Shown: positions 27,698 to 38,083 of the stretch, piece after piece
How the letters are laid out: every line of letters starts with the position of its first letter
How positions within the stretch are numbered: the first letter of the stretch is position 1
Assembly (NCBI GenBank): GCA_965203355.1
Contig: OZ241889.1
Coordinates: 1,344,001 to 1,408,000, forward strand
Length of the DNA stretch: 64,000 bases
Reading direction: 5' to 3'
Origin: Candidatus Latescibacterota bacterium
Lineage (GTDB): Bacteria > Latescibacterota > UBA2968 > UBA8231
The notes under the pieces: generated by a model
Seen by the model: only the letters and a program-made list of their open reading frames with translations
What the model was told of the DNA's origin: nothing
Database searches by the model: none
Made by a program: the position numbers and the translations under genes

Positions 27698-30600
27698 CTA
27701 CTTGAGCAGCAGCATCTTCTTGATGTCGAGGAAGTCGCCGCCGGCCTGCAAGCGGTAGAAGTACATCCCCGACGATACGCTCTGGCCGCTATCGTTGGTC
27801 GCGTCCCACTCCACCGCGTAATGACCGGCACTCTGATGCTCGGCAACCAGCGTCCGCACCGGCTGACCCAACACGTTATACACGGTCAGCCCCACGTCCG
27901 CCGCCTGCGGCAACGCATACTGAATCGTCGTCTGCGGGTTGAACGGGTTCGGATAGTTGGCTGCCAGCGAGAACACGGCCGGGCGCGTCTGCACCGAAAT
28001 CGGCGCGGGCAGTGCCAGCCGGTTGAAGCCCAACGCCTGGTCCCAGGTCCGGTTGTCGGTGATTTCGAGGGTCGTGTGTGCAATCTCGGTCGCCGGCCGG
28101 AAGACCAAGCGCAGTATCACCTCGCCGTCGGCAACGACATCGCCGTGCGCGGCTACCGTCAACACGCCCGCTTCGGCCAGCACCTGCGGCGTAGCGAATG
28201 CGCTCCCGCCCAGCGGCTGATCGGTCTGCGCCTCGACGAAAGTTAGCTGATCGGCGTCATACGCTATCTGCAAGCCGTAGCCCTTGACCGCTACGAAGTC
28301 GGCCAGTCGCACATTAACGCCGAACTCTTCTCCCACGCTCGGCAGGGCTGTCGGCGCATCCAGATACAGCCGCGCCGCCTCATTCAGCCCGGCCCGCAGC
28401 GGTACGCGCTTGCCCGCTCCGCTGTTGAACCGATCGAACAACGCGCTCAAGTCGCCAAAGTCCAGCATCGCGTTGATGGTAATCGCGAACGTCAGCGAGA
28501 CGCTTTCGTCGCCAGCCATGGCCGTGTACGTGACCTCAACGGCCCCATCGGTCGCCGCTTCCGGCGTCCCGGAAATCGTCCGGGTCGCCGCGTCAAACGA
28601 CAGTCCCGTCGGCAGACCCGACACGCTATACGTGATGGTGCCTTCGCCGCCCATCGCCATCGGCAGTTCCAACGAGTGAATCGCCGTGCCCGCCGTATAG
28701 TTCTGGTTGGGAATCGAAGCACCATCGACAAACGCCAAGACGATCATCATATCCTCATCGCCGTCCATATTGTCGTCCATCATGCCGCGGTCCATGTCGG
28801 TCAGCACCAGCGTCGCCGAACTCTCAGCAAAGCCGGGCAGCATCGCGTTGAGCACGATCGTCTCGTCGCCTTCAGCCATGCCGTCGGCCGTCGGATCAAC
28901 CAACAGGCGTGTCGAACCCATAATCGAACCGGCGGCAATGGTAATCGTCGGATTGAACAGCGCCGAGTAGTCCGTGTCGCGCGTGGCACTACTCGCAGCC
29001 GCGTCAATCGAGACGGAGACCGTCGCAGCCTCGGCTAGCGGCTTGCCATCCAGCGCGGCCATGACCATCACTTCCGTCAACTCGGCGGACTCGCTGATCG
29101 CACTCGGCGTCACCGACAGCACCAAAGACGTGCTCGGCGTCTCGTCGTCGGAAATGCGGATGTCCACCTGCGCCCAACCGCCTGAAGCCGCCGCTCGCAC
29201 CCCCAAGTGCTTATGACCGGCCGCCGAAGCGTTGTCAATCGGCGACAGGAACAGCGTCGTCCAACCCATCGTCTCGCCGGCTGGAATGGTGATCGTCCCG
29301 GCTAATGTCGCGGTGTAATCCACGTCGCGGGTCGCCATCGCGCCGCTGGCCGGCGGCACAATCGTGAAGCGGACCGTCTCAGCCGCCGGAGCCGCGCCCG
29401 ACAAGGTCGCCGTAACTCGGATTTCCGCCGTCTCGCCGTTCTCGCGCACGGCCGATTGCGAAGCCATCACGCTGGCGACGCCAATCGTCACCGGCGCAGC
29501 CTCCGAGACCGTGATGGTGAAAGTCCGCACCCCGCCATCGCCGTCGGCATCGATCGCCGTATAGACGACCGAGGCCATGCCTGCCAGCGTCGGTGTGCCC
29601 GAAAGCGTCCGCGTACCCGCGTCAAACGACAGCCCCATCGGCAGGTTCGACGAAACGCTGTACATCAGCGTTCCTTGGCCGCCCGTGGCCGCGGGCAACA
29701 CCGCGCTAAACGCTTGGCCAACCGTCGCTTCAAAGGCTAACGCGGCAGTGCCGAAACTCGGCCGTCCCGTATCCGCGGGCGTATCCGTATCCGAAGAACC
29801 AGAATCATCCATCATCGCCGCGTCTTTCAGCTTGATCGCCACGGTGCCGACCGTGATCTTGTCGTCGTCTTGGTTCTTGAGGTCGTCCTTGAGTGGCTTC
29901 AGCGTGATCGTCTCGTCGTTATCGGCTTTGCCGTCGTTGACCGGCGTGACCGTGATCGTCGTTGAGCCGGTGATCTCGCCGCGCGGAATCGTCAGCGCGC
30001 GAAGCACCGCCGTGTAATCCACATCCCGCGTCGCGGCACCGGACGCATCCTCATCCAAGACCAACGAGATCGTCGCATCCGCGTCGAGCGCCTTGCCGTC
30101 TAACGTGCCGGTCACCGTGACCGTCGTCTCACCCGCGTCTTCTTTGATTTCACCCGGGCTGACCGACAGCGTGATGTTCTCACTCAGCGTCTCATCATCG
30201 GTGATCGTGAACTCCACCTCTTTCATCTGAGACGTTTCGTCGCCGACCTTCGCTGTCACCGTGAACGTCCGCGCATTATGCGGAGTGCTGTTGTCCACCG
30301 GCGTGACGCGCAGTGTCGCCGTGCCCTTGGTATCGCCGGCCGGGATCGTCAAACCCTCAATCACTTCCACCTCGTAATCCACATCGCGCGTCCCCTCACC
30401 CGACGTAATCTGAAAGTCCACCGCCTTAGCGCCGGTTAAAGCCGTCTCCAATTCAACCGTCATCGTAACGTCCGTCACCCCGGCGGCCTCGCGGATCGTC
30501 TTCGGACTCAGCGTAAAATTCTTGATCGTCGCCACCGCAACGTCCTCAACCGTGATGGTACCCGGATTGACCACAATAGGAATGACAAAAGAATCCAAAT

Positions 30601-31984
30601 GCTTGATCGTTCCGGTAGCGTTAGCCGTCCCCTCGATCTTCCCATCGCCGTTAAGGTCAACACCGATGTTGATCTTAACGGCGGCGCCGTTTTTGGAGTG
30701 TCTGGGGTTAGCGTTAGGGTTGACTAAATGGGGACCCACTTCCGTTAGCACTTTTCCGGCGGGCACCACATAGGTATCCAACAAATCGCCATCATTGAAA
30801 AAGTCGAGCCCCAAGTCTCGTTCTACTAAGACGGTGCCCGCCGTGAGGGTGTCGGAGTTGCTAATGTCCCATCCAGTACTACCGTTCCCTGTCCCAACCC
30901 CTAAGAAATCATTACCATCGTTCCCTTCATCTGATTCGGGTCCTAATGCAATAGTCCCATCGCCATCCAAGTCTATGGCGATGAGGTGATTGAGGTTCAC
31001 TTCCCTAATAGTAGGGTCGCCTGAGGTATGTACATGACCATCTTTTTCGAAGCTACCATCAAAGTTGTAGTCGATCCGGACCTGCTTACCCGCGCTATTG
31101 ATCCGTTTCTTGAACTCCACCAGCAGCGTATCCTTGGCCCCCAGCACGATCTTGCCCGCCTTATTAGCCGGATCGACGGTGATCGTCGTCGTCGCGTCGA
31201 TCCGCCGCTTTGGAATGGTCAACTTCCCCAGCCCCCGAATTGAGTAATCCACGTCGCGCGTCAACGTACTAGTAGAAGCAACAACCAGTTGAGTTTCAAG
31301 ATCGCGCTCCGTCCACGAGCCGCCATCCAACATCGCCGTTACTTCAATCGAAGTCGCATCCGCCTGCTTGCTGAGCTTGGACGGCGAAAGAGAAAGGTTG
31401 ATCGTGGGGACGAACACATCGTCGTCAATCACGTCAATATAGAAGACGCCAGTAACACCAGTCTCTTTCTCAGTATAGGACGCGGCGGTTTTGCCTTTCT
31501 CGAAGATGGTTCCAGTGGAACCCCCTACATCAATCACGATAGGAATATTAACCCGACTTTTAACCTTAGCCGTATCGACGGTACCCGTTATGGTCAAGGT
31601 ATCAACATCTGCTGAAGCGTTGGTCGGGTTAGTTCCGATCCGATCATTGTTTATCGGGGTTACGGTAATAGTCCCGGTCGCCTTACGCGCGCCCTTCTTA
31701 ATCACCAAAGAGGGTAAAGATATTCTGAAGTACTCGTTGAGATAGCGGGCCGTGACACCGACGAGACTCAGCGGAAGATGAAGATCGACCTTCGCCTTCG
31801 CGTCAGCGTCGCGTAATTCGGCTGTTATCGTAATATCCTGCGCCCCTCCATCCTCGCGGACGGAACGCCGGTCAACGGATATGTCGATATTCTCGGTCTG
31901 AGCCACAGCCTCGCCGGCCCAGCCCAACACCAAACTGGCAACCAGCAAAAAAGGAAAGGTAAAAAGCCGCGTGTGCGTACTCAT
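27698..31984 (-). CDS. 1428-aa surface protein: Calx-beta-like repeats, putative Ig domains, cohesin-like and FlgD/T9SS-type C-terminal domain
   Basis: Signal peptide AVA/QT; five TRDV/TDY modules; LP.GLSFDA.TRT.SGTP twice; NYPNPFNPQTTIQY...SSGMYFYRL. Confidence 0.85.
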   Translation of the reverse strand: MSTHTRLFTFPFLLVASLVLGWAGEAVAQTENIDISVDRRSVREDGGAQDITITAELRDADAKAKVDLHLPLSLVGVTARYLNEYFRISLPSLVIKKGARKATGTITVTPINNDRIGTNPTNASADVDTLTITGTVDTAKVKSRVNIPIVIDVGGSTGTIFEKGKTAASYTEKETGVTGVFYIDVIDDDVFVPTINLSLSPSKLSKQADATSIEVTAMLDGGSWTERDLETQLVVASTSTLTRDVDYSIRGLGKLTIPKRRIDATTTITVDPANKAGKIVLGAKDTLLVEFKKRINSAGKQVRIDYNFDGSFEKDGHVHTSGDPTIREVNLNHLIAIDLDGDGTIALGPESDEGNDGNDFLGVGTGNGSTGWDISNSDTLTAGTVLVERDLGLDFFNDGDLLDTYVVPAGKVLTEVGPHLVNPNANPRHSKNGAAVKINIGVDLNGDGKIEGTANATGTIKHLDSFVIPIVVNPGTITVEDVAVATIKNFTLSPKTIREAAGVTDVTMTVELETALTGAKAVDFQITSGEGTRDVDYEVEVIEGLTIPAGDTKGTATLRVTPVDNSTPHNARTFTVTAKVGDETSQMKEVEFTITDDETLSENITLSVSPGEIKEDAGETTVTVTGTLDGKALDADATISLVLDEDASGAATRDVDYTAVLRALTIPRGEITGSTTITVTPVNDGKADNDETITLKPLKDDLKNQDDDKITVGTVAIKLKDAAMMDDSGSSDTDTPADTGRPSFGTAALAFEATVGQAFSAVLPAATGGQGTLMYSVSSNLPMGLSFDAGTRTLSGTPTLAGMASVVYTAIDADGDGGVRTFTITVSEAAPVTIGVASVMASQSAVRENGETAEIRVTATLSGAAPAAETVRFTIVPPASGAMATRDVDYTATLAGTITIPAGETMGWTTLFLSPIDNASAAGHKHLGVRAAASGGWAQVDIRISDDETPSTSLVLSVTPSAISESAELTEVMVMAALDGKPLAEAATVSVSIDAAASSATRDTDYSALFNPTITIAAGSIMGSTRLLVDPTADGMAEGDETIVLNAMLPGFAESSATLVLTDMDRGMMDDNMDGDEDMMIVLAFVDGASIPNQNYTAGTAIHSLELPMAMGGEGTITYSVSGLPTGLSFDAATRTISGTPEAATDGAVEVTYTAMAGDESVSLTFAITINAMLDFGDLSALFDRFNSGAGKRVPLRAGLNEAARLYLDAPTALPSVGEEFGVNVRLADFVAVKGYGLQIAYDADQLTFVEAQTDQPLGGSAFATPQVLAEAGVLTVAAHGDVVADGEVILRLVFRPATEIAHTTLEITDNRTWDQALGFNRLALPAPISVQTRPAVFSLAANYPNPFNPQTTIQYALPQAADVGLTVYNVLGQPVRTLVAEHQSAGHYAVEWDATNDSGQSVSSGMYFYRLQAGGDFLDIKKMLLLK

Positions 31985-32173
31985 GATCTCACTCCTTTAG
32001 AAAAGGGAAAAGTGACAGAAGAAAATGAACTTAGCCTTATCACTAAGCCGTTACGTTCTTGCGTTTTTGCTACCGTTGAGTAAGACGAATCCCGCGCGGC
32101 GAGAGCGAGGCTACGACGTCGCCGGCCGATAACCGTGCGGCTATCGAGAAGGGGTTTCGTTTGTGATGTGGAT

Positions 32174-32208
32174 GGGTGGTCAGTGGCCGGTGGCCAGTGG
32201 TCGGTGGA
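32174..32208 (+). repeat. Heptamer tandem repeat x5
   Basis: GGGTGGT CAGTGGC CGGTGGC CAGTGGT CGGTGGA; same unit as the 8815-8891 element. Confidence 0.6.
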
Positions 32209-32639
32209 GCTTACCGACGCGGCCGGGCAGAGCAATGCCTCTTCCCGCTTCCGTAGAGGAAGGGGAGCGAGGCGAATAGGTTGGTGAGTGAAGCTAGGGC
32301 TTAATGCCCAAGAAAATTCGGGGGGGGGGGTAAGTCATTGTTTTTTAACGACTTATGACGATTAAGTCTCGGCGTTATCGCAAGCGTAGAACAAGGCACC
32401 GCTCCCGTCGATAGTGTTCTTTGTGCTATTGACGTTGTGCCCATGTCCTGTTAATCCGACTAAGAATGCCGCAAGCAGCGGGGGTTCTATACCCAAACGC
32501 GCCGCGCCGCTGTGAATTGCAAGTCCTAATTTTATGAATTTCAGCAAAGGCTTGTCAAGTTCCTGAACCCCGGCACCCCAAGCTCGACTTCAACCGTACC
32601 GCGACAATTGGAGATTGCAAAATGTACCACGACCCAGTT

Positions 32640-33080
32640 TTAGCCCGCTCCCGTCGAGCCAAAGCCGCCGCTGCCGCGCTCGGTTTTCGCGAGCGTCTCG
32701 ACCTCGCTCCACTCGCCGCGCGTCACCGGCGCGAAAATGAGCTGGGCAATGCGGTCACCCGGTCCAATGCGCTGCTCTTCGGACGAAAAATTGACCATGA
32801 TGACGCCGACTTCGCCCCGGTAGTCGGCGTCTATTGTGCCTGGGGCGTTGAGCAGCGTTAGGCCGCGCTTGAGGGCCAAGCCACTGCGCGGCCTAACCTG
32901 TGCCTCGTAGCCCGGCGGGATTTCGAGGAATAGGCCAGTGGGAATGAGGCCGCGCTCGCCGGGAGCTAACACCACTTCTTCTGCTAGCGCGGCGCGCAAG
33001 TCGAGGCCCGCACTGTGCGCCGTCTCATAGGTGGGCAGTGGTTGGCCGCCCTTGTTGATCACTTTCACTTGAATAGTCAT
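32640..33080 (-). CDS. dut: dUTP diphosphatase
   Basis: SAGLDL, QVRPRSGLA, GTIDADYRGE, RIAQL, RGSGGFGSTG. Confidence 0.98.
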   Translation of the reverse strand: MTIQVKVINKGGQPLPTYETAHSAGLDLRAALAEEVVLAPGERGLIPTGLFLEIPPGYEAQVRPRSGLALKRGLTLLNAPGTIDADYRGEVGVIMVNFSSEEQRIGPGDRIAQLIFAPVTRGEWSEVETLAKTERGSGGFGSTGAG

Positions 33081-34279
33081 AAAACCTCTAGCGTCGTCTG
33101 GTGCCGGTCGCGCCAGCGCTGTCGAAGGTCTCGCATGTACACCGCCCCCAACACATAGGCCGTTGAGGCGATGAGGCTGAGGAGGCCGGCGATAAATACG
33201 ATCAGTACGCGCTGGGGCTTGGCCTTGATTTCGGGGGGCGTGGCTGGGTCGAGTATCTGTACGGTCGAAGTGGCGTCCTTGGCTTCGATCAAGGCTTGCG
33301 CTTCCTGTTGCAGCAGGACCAGCAAAAGGGAGGTCTGCACGAGGACATCCTTTTCGAGGGTCGCGTACTTTTGGGCCACGCCTGGGATCTGCTTTAGCGG
33401 CAGGAAGAGGTTTTCATCTAGCCCTAGTTGCAGCGGTTTGTTTTGCAATAGGGTGTTGTCAGCGGGCTTGAGGCCGTCGCGCAAGAAAGCCATGGTCGCC
33501 TGGCGCAGCAGGATTTCGCGCTCGAGCTTTTTGACCTTGTCGTGGTTGGGATCTAGCCCCGATTGAATGAGCCGTTGGCGCTCAATTTCGAGTTCCATCG
33601 CCGCGGTCAGCATCGAGGTGGCCGTTAGAATCACAGCGCGGGCTTGGTCGGCGATCGAGATGGCATTGTGATCGGACTGGAACTGCTCCAGCCGCTTCAT
33701 TTTGTCCTCTAGCTTTTTATCCTCTTCTTGCAAGATCCCGCGAATAAAATTCAAGCGCTCGGAGGCGGTCTTGTGCGAGAACCGCTTGTTGGTGCTATCG
33801 AGTAGGACGATGTAGTAATTGGCCATGTCGGCGGCCATTTGCGGATCTTTGTCTAACACGGATACCGAAAGCATACCCTCTTCGGTCATGTCGGCCGTGG
33901 TATTGTCGGCGAGGGTCTCAAGCGCGTTGGTCAGCATGCGCGCCTCGTAGTGCTGCATCAAGCCAAACTTCTCAACCATCCGCCGCCGGGCCGTAAGGCT
34001 CCTGATGGTGGCGAGAGAAATGTCAGATGGCGTGCCTCTTTCCCCGAGGCGCAAGGTGGGTATGGGCAAGGAAGAGAGCAGGCTGGAAAAACCGAAACTC
34101 TGCTTCTCTTCGCGCGGAGGCAGGATTTGCACAGTGGCCTCGTATTCCTTGGGCAAGAGAAAACTGAGGCCACCGGCTAAAACGCAGATGGCCAAGGTGC
34201 CGCCGATGATCAGCCAGCGGCCCGAGTGCAGTGCCGTTAGCAGATCGATGATGTCGATTTCTTTTTTTGCGGAATTCAT
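33077..34279 (-). CDS. Wzz/GumC-like polysaccharide chain-length/co-polymerase protein
   Basis: EIDIIDLL + N-terminal TM, coiled coil, VQILDPATPPEIKAKPQR + C-terminal TM. Confidence 0.88.
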   Translation of the reverse strand: MNSAKKEIDIIDLLTALHSGRWLIIGGTLAICVLAGGLSFLLPKEYEATVQILPPREEKQSFGFSSLLSSLPIPTLRLGERGTPSDISLATIRSLTARRRMVEKFGLMQHYEARMLTNALETLADNTTADMTEEGMLSVSVLDKDPQMAADMANYYIVLLDSTNKRFSHKTASERLNFIRGILQEEDKKLEDKMKRLEQFQSDHNAISIADQARAVILTATSMLTAAMELEIERQRLIQSGLDPNHDKVKKLEREILLRQATMAFLRDGLKPADNTLLQNKPLQLGLDENLFLPLKQIPGVAQKYATLEKDVLVQTSLLLVLLQQEAQALIEAKDATSTVQILDPATPPEIKAKPQRVLIVFIAGLLSLIASTAYVLGAVYMRDLRQRWRDRHQTTLEVL

Positions 34280-34340
34280 TAAGTAGTGCTCCTTGAGATC
34301 CTTTGTCTAAATAGACCGCACCGATAGGACGGGTCGATTA

Positions 34341-36083
34341 TCACCTCGCCGCCGCCTGCACCGCCAGGACGAGGGCGAGGACGCTGGCGGCGGTGCGAAT
34401 AGTCTCCTGAGTGAGTGCCCAGTAGCTGATGCGTTCTTTCTGGGGCACCCATATTTCGTCGCCGACCTCGACTAACAGGTTGTGCTTGAGTTTCTCGCGG
34501 ACGCCCGTGCGCGCCCGGATTAGGCGGGCATTGCGTTTGTCGGCGTCGTACAAATATCCGCCGGCCTTGGCTATGTAGTAGCGCACGTTGCGGCCTATCT
34601 CGTAGTCGATCAACCCCGCCCGTTGCACTTGGCCACTGACGCTGATGGTGTGCCGCTGCATGGGGAAAAAGATCATATCGCCGCTGGCCAGCAGGATGTT
34701 TTGCCCCTCGTCACCATCCACAAACAGCCGCTCGAAATCGACCGCGAGCCGCCCCTTTTCCTCGCGAGTTTTGGTTTTGAGATAAGCCCGATCCTCAATG
34801 TTCATATAGGTGAGGCCCGCCACCTCGCTCTGTCTTTTTAGCTGCTCTAGCTGCGGATCTCTCTCGGCCCGTACCTTGGTGCGGATCACGCGGGCACCGA
34901 TGAGCGACGCTTCGTCGGTGAGGCCACCGGCCGCGGCCACCACGTCCTTGATGCGGGTAACTCCGGGCTCGATGCGGTAGCGGCCTTGGAACGCGACCTC
35001 GCCGGAGATCACCACCGAATGCGTGGACTGCCACAGCGATCGCGCGCGGATGAAGACGGCGTCGTTAGGGCGCAACTCAACATGGCGGATGGTCTCGAAA
35101 TCCAACGCCTCCATGGCTTCTTTATCGCCGCTCAGCTCCATGATTTCGGCCTGCTCGGTGCCCTCCTGAAAGCGCCAGAGTTCGGCGCTGATCAGCGGCT
35201 TGGAGCGATTCAAGCCCTTGGCCAGTGTCACTAGGTCGCCGAGGGTGTCCCCGGGTAGGAACTCGTATTCGCCCGCTTCGTTGACCGCGCCGAAGATGGA
35301 CACCGAATGCTTGCGAAACGAGACATGGACGACGTCGCCCATGCGCACGTAGGGATTGTGCGCGAGGTCGCCGGTGGCGAGGAACATATCGAGATCCACG
35401 CGCTCGCTGGTGCCGTCGCGGTGGAGCAGTTGGATGGAGCGCCGCCCGGTGTTGCGGTTGGCCTGCTGATCTTGCAACGCAATCCTTTGCAAGCGGTCCC
35501 TAAAGCCGCCGGCCTGATTGATTATGTCGGCAACCCGCGTGGTCGGATGGATGGTGAAGCTGCCCTCGTCGATCACCGCGCCAGTGACGTACGCGGTGAA
35601 GAAGCGCATACTCACGAGAGAGATGCTGATGTCCACGCCAGGGTACTTTTTTTGCGTTGCGGCAGCGAGCAGCGCTTTGGCTGCGGTCAGCGACAGGCCC
35701 GAAATGTGAAACGAGCCGACGGTGGGGATGAGGACATTGCCCTCTGGATCGACCTGCAAGGTGTAGAGCTGATCGAATTCGCCCCAGATGTAGAGTTGCA
35801 ATACGTCGTTGGGACCGACGATGTACGCGTCTGGGTCTATATCCCGGTCCTGACCAATGCGCGTCTTGTCCTCGCCTAAACTGCCGGGTAGGCGCGCCTT
35901 ACCGGAGACCTGCTCCAGATCTAGATCCGGGAGGTCGGCCGCGGAAAAAGCCTGTAGTCCGGTTCCACCACCCCCCAGATTGATCAGATTTTCCAAGTTT
36001 CCTAAGCCTTGTTGGGCGCTGGCTGGCCCTGCTAGCCCGCAAAAGACCAAGGCGCAAGCAAGGGCAAAAATGCTCGTTGGCAT
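34341..36083 (-). CDS. Polysaccharide export protein with SLBB domains (Wza/KpsD-like)
   Basis: YIVGPNDVL.LYIWG, VDPEGNVLIP.VG, repeated V.G.V..G SLBB units. Confidence 0.9.
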   Translation of the reverse strand: MPTSIFALACALVFCGLAGPASAQQGLGNLENLINLGGGGTGLQAFSAADLPDLDLEQVSGKARLPGSLGEDKTRIGQDRDIDPDAYIVGPNDVLQLYIWGEFDQLYTLQVDPEGNVLIPTVGSFHISGLSLTAAKALLAAATQKKYPGVDISISLVSMRFFTAYVTGAVIDEGSFTIHPTTRVADIINQAGGFRDRLQRIALQDQQANRNTGRRSIQLLHRDGTSERVDLDMFLATGDLAHNPYVRMGDVVHVSFRKHSVSIFGAVNEAGEYEFLPGDTLGDLVTLAKGLNRSKPLISAELWRFQEGTEQAEIMELSGDKEAMEALDFETIRHVELRPNDAVFIRARSLWQSTHSVVISGEVAFQGRYRIEPGVTRIKDVVAAAGGLTDEASLIGARVIRTKVRAERDPQLEQLKRQSEVAGLTYMNIEDRAYLKTKTREEKGRLAVDFERLFVDGDEGQNILLASGDMIFFPMQRHTISVSGQVQRAGLIDYEIGRNVRYYIAKAGGYLYDADKRNARLIRARTGVREKLKHNLLVEVGDEIWVPQKERISYWALTQETIRTAASVLALVLAVQAAAR

Positions 36084-36121
36084 GGTTCCTCCTGTTTACC
36101 TAATTGCGCTGATAGTATTTC

Positions 36122-36877
36122 TCATACGGCAGTTTCCAAGTAGCGTGCCCAATTGGCCGCGGCCTCCTCGGCCGTGAACCCGATGAGTTCAGCTAGTTTG
36201 GCGGCGACGGCTACCACCCTCGCCGGATGGCCGGCGACCCCGCCGATGGGCACGGGGGCGTCCGTCTCCAACAGCAGCAACTCGCGTTCAATCTCGGCGA
36301 CCACGGCTTGGGTCTGCGGATCGCACAGGACGGATGGACCGACGGAGACGTAGATCCGCTCCGCACGGCAGATCCGCACGAGTTTTTTGGATTGGGTGAA
36401 CCAGTGAAGCTGGGCGTTGAGTTGGGTGCGGCGGCGAAATGCTACGGCCTGCTCCAAGGTCTGCCGCTGAGCGCGGCGCGAGTGCAGGTTGATCGGCTTG
36501 CCGCACTGTGCCGCCAGATCGAGTTGCTGGGCGAGGACATCCTGCTGCCGGGCCTGCTGCTCCGGGCTGACCGCCCATTTGTAGTCGAGGCCGACTTCGC
36601 CGAGGACATCGGCCTCGGGCAGATGCGCCGCCAGATAGGCGAGCCCTTCGGCGAGTTCGGTGTCCGCAGCTTGGGTGACCCATGCTGGATGTAAGCCCAG
36701 CCCGGCCAGCACTTGGCCCGGGTGCCGCTGCTTGAGCGCGAGTACCGCACGCATGGAACTGGCACTTTCGCTGACGGCGACGACCTGCTCCACCCCGGCT
36801 TGAGCGGCGGCCGCGAGTACGGCATCGGCATCGGCATCGGCAAACTGGTCGAGATGACAGTGGCTGTCGACGAGCAT
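36122..36877 (-). CDS. tatD: TatD-family hydrolase
   Basis: DSHCHL, GLHP, GEVGLDY, HSR, HWF, LETDAP. Confidence 0.93.
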   Translation of the reverse strand: MLVDSHCHLDQFADADADAVLAAAAQAGVEQVVAVSESASSMRAVLALKQRHPGQVLAGLGLHPAWVTQAADTELAEGLAYLAAHLPEADVLGEVGLDYKWAVSPEQQARQQDVLAQQLDLAAQCGKPINLHSRRAQRQTLEQAVAFRRRTQLNAQLHWFTQSKKLVRICRAERIYVSVGPSVLCDPQTQAVVAEIERELLLLETDAPVPIGGVAGHPARVVAVAAKLAELIGFTAEEAAANWARYLETAV

Positions 36878-37825
36878 CTAGACCAGGCCTGCGGTCTCGT
36901 CGCAGCCGAGCATCAAGTTGAGGCACTGCACGGCATTGCCCGACGCTCCTTTGCCGAGATTGTCGAGCCGCCCGACCAGCACCAATCCCTGCTTTGGATC
37001 GCCCCAGACCGATAGCTCGACGAAATTGGTATGGCTCAATCCGGTTAGGTCGAGGAATTTGTCGTCGCGCAGCACCGCGTCTTGAGGCGCGACCACCTGT
37101 ACAAAGGGACAGTCCGCGTAGTATGCACGCCAGACTTCGCACACGGCTGCGCGATCGACGTGGGGACGGGCGAAAAATTCCGCGGGCAGTGGCGTGCTGA
37201 CGACCATGCCGCAGAACGAATGATCGACGGACGGCACAAAGAGCGGCTGCTTTTCGCACCCGCTGAATTGCCAGATCTCGGGCAAGTGCTTGTGTGCGCT
37301 GTCGAGGCCGTACAGGCAGAAAGGCTTGTGATCGCCCTCGCCTTCGTATTCGGCGATCATGGACCGCCCGCCGCCGGAATAGCCGGACACCGCGTTGATG
37401 GTCAGCGGCGCGGTGGGCCGGAGCAGCCCCTGCGCGATGAGGGGCCGCACGGCGAGGATGAAACCAACGGGATAACAACCGCAGTTGGCGACTTGCTGGG
37501 CGCGGCGAATTTGCTCTTTGTGCGCAGGTGAAATCTCGGGCAGTCCATAGACCCATTTGGCGTGGACCCGACGCGCCGTGCTTGTGTCGATGACCTTGGT
37601 CCGCGGATTTTCGAGCAAGGCGAGGGCATCGGCGGCTGCGTCGTCGGGCAGGCAGAGGACGCACAAGTCCGCGCGATTGAGGAACTCGGCGCGTACGCCC
37701 GGGTCTCGGCGATGCTCCGGTGGAATGAGCAACACCTCCACATCCTCGCGCCCGGCTAGCATCTGGCGAATGCGCAGCCCGGTCGTCCCTTCTTGGCCGT
37801 CTATGTAAATCGCCGGCTTTTTCAT
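36878..37825 (-). CDS. argC: N-acetyl-gamma-glutamyl-phosphate reductase (type 2)
   Basis: IDGQEGTTGL, ANCGCY, AVSGYSGGG, LDNLGKGASG.AVQ. Confidence 0.96.
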   Translation of the reverse strand: MKKPAIYIDGQEGTTGLRIRQMLAGREDVEVLLIPPEHRRDPGVRAEFLNRADLCVLCLPDDAAADALALLENPRTKVIDTSTARRVHAKWVYGLPEISPAHKEQIRRAQQVANCGCYPVGFILAVRPLIAQGLLRPTAPLTINAVSGYSGGGRSMIAEYEGEGDHKPFCLYGLDSAHKHLPEIWQFSGCEKQPLFVPSVDHSFCGMVVSTPLPAEFFARPHVDRAAVCEVWRAYYADCPFVQVVAPQDAVLRDDKFLDLTGLSHTNFVELSVWGDPKQGLVLVGRLDNLGKGASGNAVQCLNLMLGCDETAGLV

Positions 37826-37831
37826 GGGAAC

Positions 37832-38083
37832 TTATTTTGGCCCCTTGGCGATGGTGCCGGTGAGCAACCGCGGAAACCCGGCCAACAGCGGAATCGCCGC
37901 TGCAATAAGCGACTGCACGGGTAGCATTGCTTGGTCGATAAAAAAGAAGAAGTAGAGAAAGGTCAAAACGCCGCATAGGGCGAATAGCTTGACGATGCCG
38001 GGCCCTTGGCGCGGGATGTCGCGGATTACAGCGGGCAGGGTCTGCTCTTCGTCAAAGCAGGGAATCTGCACGATTAGCTTCAT
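37832..38083 (-). pseudogene. Internally deleted GT2 glycosyltransferase
   Basis: GT2 start MKLIVQIPCFDEEQTLP fused directly to a membrane C-terminus (FLYFFF...VQSLIAAA); catalytic core absent. Confidence 0.75.

Noticed and set aside
27500-27756. Diversity-generating retroelement TR/VR pair
   Set aside because: Differences are not confined to adenines, the repeat includes the terminator, and there is no reverse transcriptase in the window.
36821-36841. Hexamer repeat in tatD (ADADADA)
   Set aside because: A short in-frame microsatellite with no evident significance.
36288-37976. 562-aa alternative-frame ORF and many similar overlapping or antisense ORFs
   Set aside because: Arg/Pro/Ala-rich shadow frames of well-supported genes in GC-rich DNA.
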